From a virus: 64,000 nucleotides of DNA. Below the pieces are notes generated by a model. That model was not told where the DNA came from, did not search any database, and saw only the letters and a program-made list of their open reading frames with translations. Position numbers and translations under genes: made by a program. Below, one piece after another: positions 48,902 through 58,003 of the stretch. The DNA is taken from the IMG/VR virus record IMGVR_UViG_3300030107_004423, positions 1-64,000 of that record; one strand, 5' to 3'. Numbering within the stretch: position 1 is the stretch's first letter; each line of letters begins with the position of its first letter.

Positions 48902-49174
48902 ATGAATAAATTAGATAATGTTAGTAAATATTATTTATTAATGGATTACTATTTATTAAGCTTTATGTTCGCTGACTATAAGAATGATAATAGATACTCA
49001 CTGATAGTTAAAGAGCTAAATAGGAGATATAATATGATACCCTGCAAATGTATACAATGTGATATAGATATAGAGGATGCAACAGAAGCATTTTGTGAGA
49101 AATGTTTAAAGCGTGGTCCTAAAGATAAACTTAAAAAACTAATAAGAAAGGGAGTAGTTAATGAAAGAAGATAG
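48902..49174 (+). CDS. Hypothetical protein with a Zn-ribbon
   Basis: CIQC...CEKC. Confidence 0.5.
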   Translation: MNKLDNVSKYYLLMDYYLLSFMFADYKNDNRYSLIVKELNRRYNMIPCKCIQCDIDIEDATEAFCEKCLKRGPKDKLKKLIRKGVVNERR

Positions 49175-49475
49175 AGTATATTGGCTGCAAGGCTGGGAAG
49201 GTAGAGTAATTCAAGGTGGTTTATATCGTAGTGATATAGCTGCAGTAATTAAACTACAAGAACAACATATAAATGGTCATGTAGTAGGTATTAAAATAAG
49301 TGAGAAAGAATCAGGTAAAGATAATTATACAATTCAATTTATAATAAATACCGAAGATCAAATAGCTACTAATTATGAAAACAAAAAAGAGATGAATAAG
49401 CAATACGATGATAAACATAGAACTACTGAATTTACAGAAGGCAAGTTATTTAAAGAGGATGATGATAATGTATAA
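49161..49475 (+). CDS. Hypothetical protein
   Basis: gggag SD. Confidence 0.7.
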   Translation: MKEDRVYWLQGWEGRVIQGGLYRSDIAAVIKLQEQHINGHVVGIKISEKESGKDNYTIQFIINTEDQIATNYENKKEMNKQYDDKHRTTEFTEGKLFKEDDDNV

Positions 49476-49617
49476 AAAAGATAACGAAAAATGGGAAGAA
49501 GTACCAATGGAAGATTTATGGGAAGATGGTGAATTAACTGAACAAGAGGTAGCAACTACATTATTTGTAAGAGTAAGGAATCAAGGTATTTGGAAAATAA
49601 TAAGGAGAATACAATGA
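49468..49617 (+). CDS. Small acidic hypothetical protein
   Basis: gagg SD; coupled to neighbouring ORFs. Confidence 0.5.
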   Translation: MYKKDNEKWEEVPMEDLWEDGELTEQEVATTLFVRVRNQGIWKIIRRIQ

Positions 49618-49910
49618 GTTATTACAATACTAACAAGTTGATGGGTAAAGATCTAGAAACAGCTATTAATAAAGCTAAATCACAGGAATCACAGCTAGAG
49701 CTACACATGAAAGTTAACTCTAATAATAGCTACACACCATTTCAATTACAAGAAGCATTTATTACAGATTATAATATAATATTTCCTATAACATCTGTAC
49801 GTAGAGCTTTAACTAACCTTACTAATAATAATATTCTTATTAAAAGTGAGAAAACAGTCATTGGTGATTATGGTAGTCCTAATCATACATGGCAATATAA
49901 GGAGAAATAA
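49614..49910 (+). CDS. Winged-helix DNA-binding protein
   Basis: TPFQLQ...PITSVRRALTNL...wing GDYGSPNHTW; aaggag SD before ATG 49614. Confidence 0.65.
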   Translation: MSYYNTNKLMGKDLETAINKAKSQESQLELHMKVNSNNSYTPFQLQEAFITDYNIIFPITSVRRALTNLTNNNILIKSEKTVIGDYGSPNHTWQYKEK

Positions 49911-50095
49911 TGGCACTTGGAGAAGTTAGAAAGCGTACTATTACTATGTACGATAAAATGATTAAATATTATAAAAATAACATTGGAGAGATAAGTGAAT
50001 ATGGCAATACTGTTATTACTGAAGATCTAATAAAGAATATTGAAAAGAGAAGATCTGAATTGTCTGAAACTTATGATAGCCGATGGGTAAGATAA
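49910..50095 (+). CDS. Hypothetical protein
   Basis: aaggag SD; TAATG coupling. Confidence 0.65.
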   Translation: MALGEVRKRTITMYDKMIKYYKNNIGEISEYGNTVITEDLIKNIEKRRSELSETYDSRWVR

Positions 50096-50194
50096 AATCT
50101 TATTACTGGAAAGAAAGCATATCATTTGATGATAGTTTAAATGACTATTTATATTATATGCATGTTAAAGAACAACAAGAAAAAGGAGAACGTA

Positions 50195-50626
50195 GTGAAG
50201 CAAAAATACGTAAAGTATCAACAAGGAGATGTGTTGATGTTAAGAATAAATGATAATGAAGAAATGATGGACTCATTTATTAAGTTTAATGGTAAAAGTA
50301 CCATTCATAGTAGAAAAAATCCAAAAGAATCATCTGTTGCTACATTAGCATTGGGTGAGGCAACTGGACATCATCATTCTATAGATGTAATGCATGATGA
50401 AAATAAAGATGTAGAAGTTACTAGACACTTTAATAATTGGGGATGGAATAATAGAAATAATCAAGGCTTAGGTCGAGTTCCTGAATATTTTGAAGTATCT
50501 GGCTCTGAAGCAACTATTAAGCATCAAGAACATGAAGCTATTACATTACCAGAAGGTGTTTATAGAGTTAGAATAGTTAAAGAATATGATCCATTCTCTA
50601 ACACAGTAAGTGGGGTAGCAGACTAA
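50195..50626 (+). CDS. His-rich QGDV / GExTGHxH beta-rich protein
   Basis: YQQGDV, LALGEATGHHH, HQEH, LPEGVYRV...EYDP...VAD; aaggag SD with GTG start. Confidence 0.75.
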   Translation: MKQKYVKYQQGDVLMLRINDNEEMMDSFIKFNGKSTIHSRKNPKESSVATLALGEATGHHHSIDVMHDENKDVEVTRHFNNWGWNNRNNQGLGRVPEYFEVSGSEATIKHQEHEAITLPEGVYRVRIVKEYDPFSNTVSGVAD

Positions 50627-51651
50627 TGTATAAAAATATAAAAACACTTATGAGGCATGGTAAAGTAAATGAAGCTCTTATCTGTAGAGGTGGTGCTAAA
50701 TTCATGTATAATATGTTTTATTTTGTCAAAATGGCTAAAAATAAGATAAATGTATACAAAGGCAATACATGGCAACAAGGAAAGTATGTAAAAACTCCTG
50801 TAGCTAAATTAACCAATGAATATATTATGTTATGTCCAAGAACTGCTTCTGAAAGATATAATAGACCTCCTGATGAAGCTCAAATAGCTAGAAAATGGGA
50901 TATCTGGGATATTGGATCATTCTTATCTCTTAATCTATTATATAATACTTATACTAGATATAGCAGAGGATATGACATAGTACATGCAAATGGTAATGAG
51001 TTTATTCCATTTTCAAATAAAATGAAGTTTGATTGGAATGGAAAGCTAATATCTAAAATACCTAAATGGGCTAATGAAAAGTATAATCAATATTTAGATG
51101 AAGATAAGTCTATTAGAAATAATGGTGCTAAAGCTAGATATCATGATAAGAAAGCTATTGAAAGATATGAGGCTTCTGAAGGTAATTTTGAATATATACC
51201 TATTGATGATGTATTTAAGCATCGTAATTCAGATAGAAGGCGTAGATTAATAAATCACTTTGGTATAGAACAAGTATTGTCTCCATATAAGCAAAATGTA
51301 TTAGATAAAGCTACTGTTAATGGACTACCATATGAATTGGTACAAATAACAATACCATTATCATGGAGTGAATGGTCAGGACAATCACAAACAGTTCATC
51401 CAGACAAAGTATGTACATATCTTAAAATGACCAATCCTAGTACAGGAGAGTATCATTTAGAAGGTGTTGCTACTAAAGCTGATAATAACTGGGATCATAT
51501 AGCTGATCTTACTGTTAAATCTGCTCTTGCATGGAGAGATGGTGAAAATGAAAATACTAGATTCACCCCACTTGATATGCCTGATGGAGTAGCTGAACAT
51601 GATGGTGGATTGTCTGATTATGCTTATGTAGAGCCTACAACATTAACCTAA
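50626..51651 (+). CDS. Protein with a DUF6745-like C-terminal region
   Basis: NSDRRRRLI...G.E...LKMTNPSTGEYHLEGV...ALAW. Confidence 0.55.
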   Translation: MYKNIKTLMRHGKVNEALICRGGAKFMYNMFYFVKMAKNKINVYKGNTWQQGKYVKTPVAKLTNEYIMLCPRTASERYNRPPDEAQIARKWDIWDIGSFLSLNLLYNTYTRYSRGYDIVHANGNEFIPFSNKMKFDWNGKLISKIPKWANEKYNQYLDEDKSIRNNGAKARYHDKKAIERYEASEGNFEYIPIDDVFKHRNSDRRRRLINHFGIEQVLSPYKQNVLDKATVNGLPYELVQITIPLSWSEWSGQSQTVHPDKVCTYLKMTNPSTGEYHLEGVATKADNNWDHIADLTVKSALAWRDGENENTRFTPLDMPDGVAEHDGGLSDYAYVEPTTLT

Positions 51652-51661
51652 GGAGGGTTAC

Positions 51662-51826
51662 ATGACAGAGGAGATGATGATAACTGATAATAAAGATGGT
51701 GTTATTGCAACACGTAATCGCATATCAGTTACTGTTGATAGAGAGAGCAACGTAGTTTCAATGAAAGACCTAGAGTATACTTTTGAAGATATATTTGCTT
51801 TGGCAGATAAACTTAAAAACATTTAG
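51662..51826 (+). CDS. Small hypothetical protein (54 aa)
   Basis: aaggagg SD. Confidence 0.65.
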   Translation: MTEEMMITDNKDGVIATRNRISVTVDRESNVVSMKDLEYTFEDIFALADKLKNI

Positions 51827-51850
51827 AGGTAATTTGAATTGAAGCTACAT

Positions 51851-51896
51851 GGGAGGTGTAATAAAGGTTGTAAAAAACCCTGCACCTCCCCCTTTT
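51851..51896 (+). terminator. Terminator-like hairpin
   Basis: gggaggtgta/tgcacctccc stem, inner ggtt/aacc, followed by a T-rich tail. Confidence 0.6.
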
Positions 51897-51900
51897 CTCT

Positions 51901-51930
51901 TTGATAGATATCATGAAAGTATTATATTAT
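51901..51930 (+). promoter_or_regulatory. sigma70-like promoter
   Basis: TTGATA-N16-TATATT(AT). Confidence 0.45.
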
Positions 51931-51934
51931 GCAG

Positions 51935-52096
51935 ATGGAAAACAACCAAGAATATAATATTGATGATGAAATTATAAAGGTCTATTTAAAAGTTTATTTA
52001 AATGCTTTAGAACTAAAAAAAGACCCTAAAGTCATAAACATTATTCAAAAGAGAATGATGTTTTTAGTAAAAAGAAAAAGAATAGATAATAATTAA
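51935..52096 (+). CDS. Small protein (53 aa), possibly on a leaderless mRNA
   Basis: ATG 6 nt after the -10 box; no SD. Confidence 0.5.
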   Translation: MENNQEYNIDDEIIKVYLKVYLNALELKKDPKVINIIQKRMMFLVKRKRIDNN

Positions 52097-52098
52097 AT

Positions 52099-52159
52099 CC
52101 AGTATGGGAATCCATGCTATAAGGAACTAGACATCCATAGAAGATTCCGTCTAGGCTGG
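52099..52159 (+). promoter_or_regulatory. Structured leader upstream of erf-ssb
   Basis: ccagt/gctgg, atgg/ccat and ctagac/gtctag stems; ggaatc/gattcc cross-pairing. Confidence 0.45.
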
Positions 52160-52191
52160 TATATTATCTAATTTCACAACAGGAGAACCCA

Positions 52192-52656
52192 ATGGAAGAA
52201 CAATCGCAAGAAGTAATTCCTGCTGTCCAACAGGTCCCGCCAGAAAACACGAACTCTGAGTGGAAATCTGACCAAATCGACAAGCTAGCAGGAGCTTTAG
52301 CAAAGGCACAGTCTGAAATAAGAGGTGCAGCTAAGAAAAGTAAAAATCCATTCTTTAATAGTAATTATGCTGATTTACATACAGTAATAGAATCTTGTAT
52401 GCCACAATTAAGCAAGAATGGTATATCTGTAGTTCAAGGAACTGATTTCAATAGAACAGATGGATGGTTTGTAACAACAATGTTGATGCATTCATCAGGA
52501 CAATGGATAAAGAGTAGTTGTAAGATCATATTAGGCCCAAAGCAGGATATTCAAGCATTAGGTAGCGCAATAACATATGGTAGAAGATATGGATTGTCAT
52601 CTATAGCTGGTATAGGTCAATTTGATGATGATGGTAATAGTATTTCAAAAAAATAA
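52192..52656 (+). CDS. erf: ERF-family ssDNA-annealing recombinase
   Basis: ALAKAQ, NPFFNSNYADL, HSSGQWI, GSAITYGRRYGL, DDDGN. Confidence 0.92.
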   Translation: MEEQSQEVIPAVQQVPPENTNSEWKSDQIDKLAGALAKAQSEIRGAAKKSKNPFFNSNYADLHTVIESCMPQLSKNGISVVQGTDFNRTDGWFVTTMLMHSSGQWIKSSCKIILGPKQDIQALGSAITYGRRYGLSSIAGIGQFDDDGNSISKK

Positions 52657-52667
52657 AGGAGAGCTAA

Positions 52668-53216
52668 ATGGCTATTAAGACAATGTCTGCCTCAACTGGA
52701 GGTGGAAGTAAATATTCTGAAGGGTGGCATGAAGCTACTATATCTAAAGCAGAATATGGTGACTGGAATGGTAAAAAGTATCTAGAAGTATGGTTTGATG
52801 GTTATGGTGAGTACCAAACTATGAAAGTTTGGGAAACTATAAGTTCAAAAGATAATGAAGAATTTGCTATAGCTAGAGTATTTAAATATGCTCAAGCAGG
52901 CATTATAGCAGTTCTTGATGATCCTACTGGCAAAAGACCAATAATTCAATTTGACGATGAGGCTCAAGGATTAGTAGGTAAGAATGTATCTATATACTTA
53001 TATCCTGATCCAAAGAAACCTCAGTATAATAGAATATCTAGTGAATGTGCACCTATTCCAGGAAAATATGAGCATATGACATTCAGTGAAGACATTTGTA
53101 ATAGTATTCAAACTGGTGCAGCTAAGAGATTAGAAACATATTTAGCTAAAAAAGCTAATAATGTTACAGTCCCAGTTACAGAAACTAATACACAATCAGC
53201 TGATATCCCTTTCTAA
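52668..53216 (+). CDS. ssb: Single-stranded DNA-binding protein (phage OB-fold type)
   Basis: EGWHEATI N-terminus; C-terminal ADIPF tail; follows erf. Confidence 0.7.
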   Translation: MAIKTMSASTGGGSKYSEGWHEATISKAEYGDWNGKKYLEVWFDGYGEYQTMKVWETISSKDNEEFAIARVFKYAQAGIIAVLDDPTGKRPIIQFDDEAQGLVGKNVSIYLYPDPKKPQYNRISSECAPIPGKYEHMTFSEDICNSIQTGAAKRLETYLAKKANNVTVPVTETNTQSADIPF

Positions 53217-53292
53217 AAGATATAAAGGTAAAGTAATTAGGGGATATAAGTTTTAGCCGACCCAATGTCCCCTTTTTACATTAAGGAGAATA

Positions 53293-53475
53293 ATGAAATT
53301 AAAAAAAGCAATAGAAAATCTATTAATTATGTATATGCCTGAAGAGAAAAGACACTTTGAAGAATCTTCTAAAATGGCTATGGATCATAATATAGATGTA
53401 GGTGAAAATGATCATATATATTTCTCCTTTTATAGACTAAAGATTGGTTTAGAGAGAGGAGAATTTGATGATTAA
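53293..53475 (+). CDS. Small hypothetical protein
   Basis: taaggag SD. Confidence 0.6.
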   Translation: MKLKKAIENLLIMYMPEEKRHFEESSKMAMDHNIDVGENDHIYFSFYRLKIGLERGEFDD

Positions 53476-55216
53476 AGAGTTTGCATTTGGATTATCAAAT
53501 AGACATCACTTTAGTGATTCAGCAGATATGGAGAAGTATGCTGGTATGGCTCAAGATACATTTATGTCACTGTATGATTATGATGCTCATGTGGTAGATT
53601 ATGTAAAGAAAAATCATACATTATCATCTTATGATGGGATGCTTTACATGCCTAATGAATATATATTAGATGTAGATGGTTCAAACTCAGAAGAAGCGAG
53701 ACAGGCAGCTATTGGTTTGACTATACTATTAGATGATATGTGCATACCATACCAGTTGTATTTCTCAGGAACAGGATTTCATTTAGGAATACCTGAAGCT
53801 GCATTTAGATGGAAACCATCACCTGATTTGCATTTAAAAGTAAAAGATGAGATGAAAGCACAAGGAATATATGAATATGCTGATGCATCGGTATCAGATA
53901 AAACAAGGCTTATTCGAATTGTCAATACTTTGAATAGTAAATCTAAGTTATGGAAAATACCATTAAAACCAAGTGAGTTACATGGAACTATAGATACTAT
54001 ATTAGAACTTGCAAAAACTAAACGCTCAACATATGAATGGAACACAGCTGTTAGAGATAATGACTGTGAACCAGTATTTGACGTATTGAAAAGAAAAACT
54101 GTAGCTAGTGATAAAACATTTGAAACAGTAACTCTTGGCAGAAACCCTGATCCTATATGGTATACTTGTGTACAAAAGATGGTAGCAGGTAGTGCTCAAG
54201 GATCAAGACATCAGATAGCTTTACGCATAGCAGCACATTTGCGTTGGAGATATCCAGAGCATATGGTAAGATTGGTAATGGAAGATTGGAGACAAAGAGT
54301 TGATCTTAAATCACACCCATTTACTAAAGCTGAAATGGATAAAATAGTTACTGATTGTTATGAAGGTCATAATGGTAATGGATATAACTATGGTTGTTCA
54401 GATATTTGGATGGATAAATATTGTAGTACTAATTGTAGGCTTTATAAGTCTAAGAAATCACAAAATACTATGGATGCTAAAGCCATGGAAAAGGAATTAG
54501 TTGATTTTCTTACTACAAATCATGATCCTATAAATATAGGCAAACCTTATGGACAAGATTTCCCTGTTTATCCAGGAGAAGTAGTAATTATACAGGCACC
54601 TCCTAAATCTATGAAAACAATGTTCTTACAGAATATAGTTAATATGTTCAAAAGAAACACTTATTTTGTAGAAATGGAGATGAGTCCACGTCAAATGTGG
54701 ATGAGATTTGTAATGATGGAGAATGATTGGGATGAAAAACAGTTAAAAGACCATTATAGTCAATATGCTAATGGTATAAGTCAGCAATTTGACTGGTTAA
54801 CTGTAGATTATAACAGTTGTTTTCCACATGAATTACAAAAACGTATAATGTTACTACCAAGAAAGCCTGAAATAGTAGTTATAGACCATATGGGCTTATT
54901 AAGAAGTCAAAAATCAGATAATAATATGAAAGTAGAGGAAGCTTCACAAGCATTAATGGAACTTGCTGTAAAAAATAATATTATCGTATTTGCTGTATCT
55001 GAAATAACTAAATCAGCTTTTCAAGAAGGTATGAATATAGCTTCAGCAAAAGGTTCATTTAGAGTAGCTTATAATGCAAATAAAGTGCTATCTATTACTC
55101 CATTTAAGGAGAAAGAGACTAATTTAATTAGATCTTTAAGGATAGAAAGTACAGCTAATAGAGAAAAAGAGCATCTTGATGTTAATTTACCTGTTAAAGG
55201 AGCTAAAATAGGATGA
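53465..55216 (+). CDS. AEP primase(-polymerase) fused to SF4 helicase
   Basis: ILDVD and FSGTGFH motifs; Cys-rich linker; P-loop QAPPKSMKT; Walker B IVVIDH. Confidence 0.85.
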   Translation: MMIKEFAFGLSNRHHFSDSADMEKYAGMAQDTFMSLYDYDAHVVDYVKKNHTLSSYDGMLYMPNEYILDVDGSNSEEARQAAIGLTILLDDMCIPYQLYFSGTGFHLGIPEAAFRWKPSPDLHLKVKDEMKAQGIYEYADASVSDKTRLIRIVNTLNSKSKLWKIPLKPSELHGTIDTILELAKTKRSTYEWNTAVRDNDCEPVFDVLKRKTVASDKTFETVTLGRNPDPIWYTCVQKMVAGSAQGSRHQIALRIAAHLRWRYPEHMVRLVMEDWRQRVDLKSHPFTKAEMDKIVTDCYEGHNGNGYNYGCSDIWMDKYCSTNCRLYKSKKSQNTMDAKAMEKELVDFLTTNHDPINIGKPYGQDFPVYPGEVVIIQAPPKSMKTMFLQNIVNMFKRNTYFVEMEMSPRQMWMRFVMMENDWDEKQLKDHYSQYANGISQQFDWLTVDYNSCFPHELQKRIMLLPRKPEIVVIDHMGLLRSQKSDNNMKVEEASQALMELAVKNNIIVFAVSEITKSAFQEGMNIASAKGSFRVAYNANKVLSITPFKEKETNLIRSLRIESTANREKEHLDVNLPVKGAKIG

Positions 55217-55392
55217 TACAGATAACAAAATGGATAGATCCACATGATAAGGTATGGCATAAAGGTAAACTTGTGCCTGCCTTTGATTGGCTAACAGATC
55301 TACAAGTAAAACTAGAAAAGTTAACTAAAAAAAGAGTAACAATAAGAACTGATGAAGGCAAAGTAGCTTTATTCAGAGAAAGGTTAAGATGA
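55213..55392 (+). CDS. Small hypothetical protein, variant B
   Basis: Ortholog of 620..799. Confidence 0.75.
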   Translation: MIQITKWIDPHDKVWHKGKLVPAFDWLTDLQVKLEKLTKKRVTIRTDEGKVALFRERLR

Positions 55393-56174
55393 AGAACCCA
55401 TACGCAGAAATGCGAAAAGTACCTTTGAATTATGAAGGTATTCAATCATCTGCTTACTCTGTTCAATACCAAGAATCTCTTGATGAATGGAAAGAGGCAG
55501 GAGTTGTAGGTAATAATTACATGTTATTACCAAATATTAAAGTAAAAGAAGCTGCTGATGAAGTAGCTTTATTATCAAATATCCCATTTGAACATGATAA
55601 AACATTCTTTGATGGCAAAAGATATGTATATTCATTAAGATCTACAAACATTATAGGTAATGTTAAACCAGGAGATGATATGGCATTAGGTATTCAATTC
55701 TGGAATAGCTATGACGGCAGTAGATCCTTTGGATTCTCTATGATGCTTTATAGATTAATATGTACTAATGGTATGCTAAGTAAACAATACTTTAATACTT
55801 TTAGATTTAAACATGAACCAAATAGCAATGGATGGGAAGAAAGCTTAAATCAAGTAGTCAATACTATTAATTCCACATCTCAAAATGGTCTTGATAGTAT
55901 GATAGGAAAATTAAAAAAGCTTGATAATCTTAAAATAACATCTAAAGAACTAGGTAGAATTAGACATAAACATCTTTCTGATATACCGTCTGGTTTATGG
56001 GGAAATATTATAGATAGATTCTTAGATCCTTCTAAAGAATATCATTCAGAAACTAGTGGATGGGGATTACTTAATGCTGCTACAGATATATTGTGGCATA
56101 AAGATAAACCTACAATAGCTAGCTATAATCAGAATGCATCTATAGTAGATGGATTGTGTAAAGCAATATCATAA
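55389..56174 (+). CDS. DUF932-family protein, variant B
   Basis: WNSYDGSRS and YRLICTNG motifs. Confidence 0.8.
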   Translation: MKNPYAEMRKVPLNYEGIQSSAYSVQYQESLDEWKEAGVVGNNYMLLPNIKVKEAADEVALLSNIPFEHDKTFFDGKRYVYSLRSTNIIGNVKPGDDMALGIQFWNSYDGSRSFGFSMMLYRLICTNGMLSKQYFNTFRFKHEPNSNGWEESLNQVVNTINSTSQNGLDSMIGKLKKLDNLKITSKELGRIRHKHLSDIPSGLWGNIIDRFLDPSKEYHSETSGWGLLNAATDILWHKDKPTIASYNQNASIVDGLCKAIS

Positions 56175-56184
56175 ACTTTCACAC

Positions 56185-56250
56185 GAGCAGGTACGCTTCT
56201 TATAAAACGCCAATAATAAGTATAGCAACTTACCTAATAGCTGCCTGCTC
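56185..56250 (+). ncRNA. Candidate conserved structured cis-RNA, copy B
   Basis: Same stems as 1673..1739. Confidence 0.5.
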
Positions 56251-56269
56251 AACAATTTAAAGGAGAACA

Positions 56270-56497
56270 ATGGGAGTACGTTTTAGAGAAACCAAAGATA
56301 AAATAGGTGATTATAAAGATAGTATGGATAATATTAACGAATCTATAAAAACCTTGAAAGAGAAAATAGAAATTCTTGAAGAAAGGTTAAGTAAGGCTGA
56401 AGGTATTATCAAAATTATTCATTATGAATCAAACCCAGCATATCTTGAAGGTTTAAAATTTAAATACGAAGAAATGTATGGAGACAAAAATGAGTAA
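56270..56497 (+). CDS. Hypothetical coiled-coil protein, variant B
   Basis: Ortholog of 1759..1986. Confidence 0.8.
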   Translation: MGVRFRETKDKIGDYKDSMDNINESIKTLKEKIEILEERLSKAEGIIKIIHYESNPAYLEGLKFKYEEMYGDKNE

Positions 56498-56708
56498 AAA
56501 TGTATTAAAAGGTGAAATGGATAATGTAGAAAGAAGATCTAGCGCCAGAAAAACATACAATAAGGAAAGAATATATAGTAAAGAATATGCTTCATGCAAA
56601 GATGCTAATACTAGATTTATGAAGATGGCTAATTTAGCTTCTGATAATGGTAGATGTTGGTGGATATATAACTATATAATGGCTAATTCAAAATACAAAG
56701 GAAAATAA
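56478..56708 (+). CDS. Hypothetical protein, variant B
   Basis: Ortholog of 1976..2212. Confidence 0.75.
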   Translation: METKMSKNVLKGEMDNVERRSSARKTYNKERIYSKEYASCKDANTRFMKMANLASDNGRCWWIYNYIMANSKYKGK

Positions 56709-56709
56709 T

Positions 56710-57072
56710 ATGGAAATAATAGGAGATGTTATAAAAAAACGTCAAAATCTAAGTGTAGAAGATGAATATCCCAGAATGTGTGATTCATTTGAACATATTA
56801 CTGATGAAATGTTTGAATTGTTTAAAAAGAAACAGTCAGACTACGGTCCTACAAATATAGGTATGGGTAATCGTACTATAGAAACAGATGAAGATGTTCA
56901 AAGATCAATGATAGGATTGGTTGTTAGAATGAATGATAAAGTTCAAAGACTAATGAATCTTGTTCTTGACCGTAAAGATCCACAAAATGAATCTGTAGAA
57001 GATACATTGATAGATATAGCTAATTATGCAGTAATGGCTAAATTAGTTATGGATAAAGAGTGGGGAAAATGA
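56710..57072 (+). CDS. DUF1599/Nmad1-like protein, variant B
   Basis: KKQSDYG...EDTLIDIANYA. Confidence 0.8.
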   Translation: MEIIGDVIKKRQNLSVEDEYPRMCDSFEHITDEMFELFKKKQSDYGPTNIGMGNRTIETDEDVQRSMIGLVVRMNDKVQRLMNLVLDRKDPQNESVEDTLIDIANYAVMAKLVMDKEWGK

Positions 57073-57293
57073 AGATAGTTGCTAAGCTATCTAAAGAGCA
57101 TTATAATTGTTATATGTGTTCTTTTTCAGGATATGCAGAAAGATATATTGTAGTTCCACATATAGTAGATACAGATAAAGAATATACAATATGTAGTGCA
57201 TGTGCTAAAAGAGAACATGGTAGTAAAAATAAAGTTAAATTATTAGATGTCATAGAAGAAAGGACAAAAACATGGCTACAAAAAAAGCAATAA
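57060..57293 (+). CDS. Small Zn-finger protein, variant B
   Basis: CYMC...CSAC. Confidence 0.7.
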   Translation: MGKMKIVAKLSKEHYNCYMCSFSGYAERYIVVPHIVDTDKEYTICSACAKREHGSKNKVKLLDVIEERTKTWLQKKQ

Positions 57294-57493
57294 AAGAAGT
57301 TCAAGAAAAAGCTGAAAAACACCATAAAAATAGAGTTGATCAACTTTTCACTATGTTTGAATCTCATGGTGAGATGCTTGCAGATCATATAGGCTATATA
57401 AATGATATAAATAAAAGAATTGATGAATTAGAGTCTGAATTAAATCAGAGTAAGGCATTAATTACCACTATGAGAGGAAGAATGGGAGTATGA
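57272..57493 (+). CDS. Coiled-coil hypothetical protein, variant B
   Basis: Termini match 2764..3042. Confidence 0.7.
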   Translation: MATKKAIKEVQEKAEKHHKNRVDQLFTMFESHGEMLADHIGYINDINKRIDELESELNQSKALITTMRGRMGV

Positions 57494-57708
57494 AGCAGAG
57501 AACAAAACCTACACGTAATGAGATAAAAACTGTATTAAATAATATGTTAATAGAAATGTCTCAAATGTCTGAATTTCTTAAAGGATTAGACACTTCATTT
57601 GCAGCTTATTTAGAGATGAAAGGTGATGGAGATAAATTAAATAAATTCATTAAAGCTAAGATAAAGGAGGCTAAGGATGCCCAGCAAGAGCAAAGCAAAG
57701 GGGAATAG
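57490..57708 (+). CDS. Hypothetical protein, variant B
   Basis: Ortholog of 3039..3254. Confidence 0.75.
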   Translation: MKQRTKPTRNEIKTVLNNMLIEMSQMSEFLKGLDTSFAAYLEMKGDGDKLNKFIKAKIKEAKDAQQEQSKGE

Positions 57709-58003
57709 GTTTGAAAGAGAAATAGTTAAGATAGCTAAGGAGCATGGATTTGAATCTAGAAGAGCATGGGGATCAAATGGTCAAGCTTTAGGAATGCATG
57801 AAGAAGTAGATCTAACTCTAGGTAAAAATCCTGAACTTAAAATACAGGCTAAATGTAGAAAGAGTATAGCTTCTTATCTTATCCCTAGTGAGCATGTAGA
57901 TGCAGTAGTTTGCAAGGAAGACAGAGGTGAACCCTTGATGATAATGAGATTAAATGATTGGCTCAATATGTTTTGGGTTAACTGTATGACGGAGGATAGA
58001 TGA
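57677..58003 (+). CDS. Holliday junction resolvase-like nuclease, variant B
   Basis: SKAKGNRFERE...IQAKCR. Confidence 0.75.
   Translation: MPSKSKAKGNRFEREIVKIAKEHGFESRRAWGSNGQALGMHEEVDLTLGKNPELKIQAKCRKSIASYLIPSEHVDAVVCKEDRGEPLMIMRLNDWLNMFWVNCMTEDR

Larger units (their letters stand above)
54594..58003. repeat. Diverged second copy (variant B) of block 1..3549
   Basis: Colinear orthologous genes. Confidence 0.95.
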
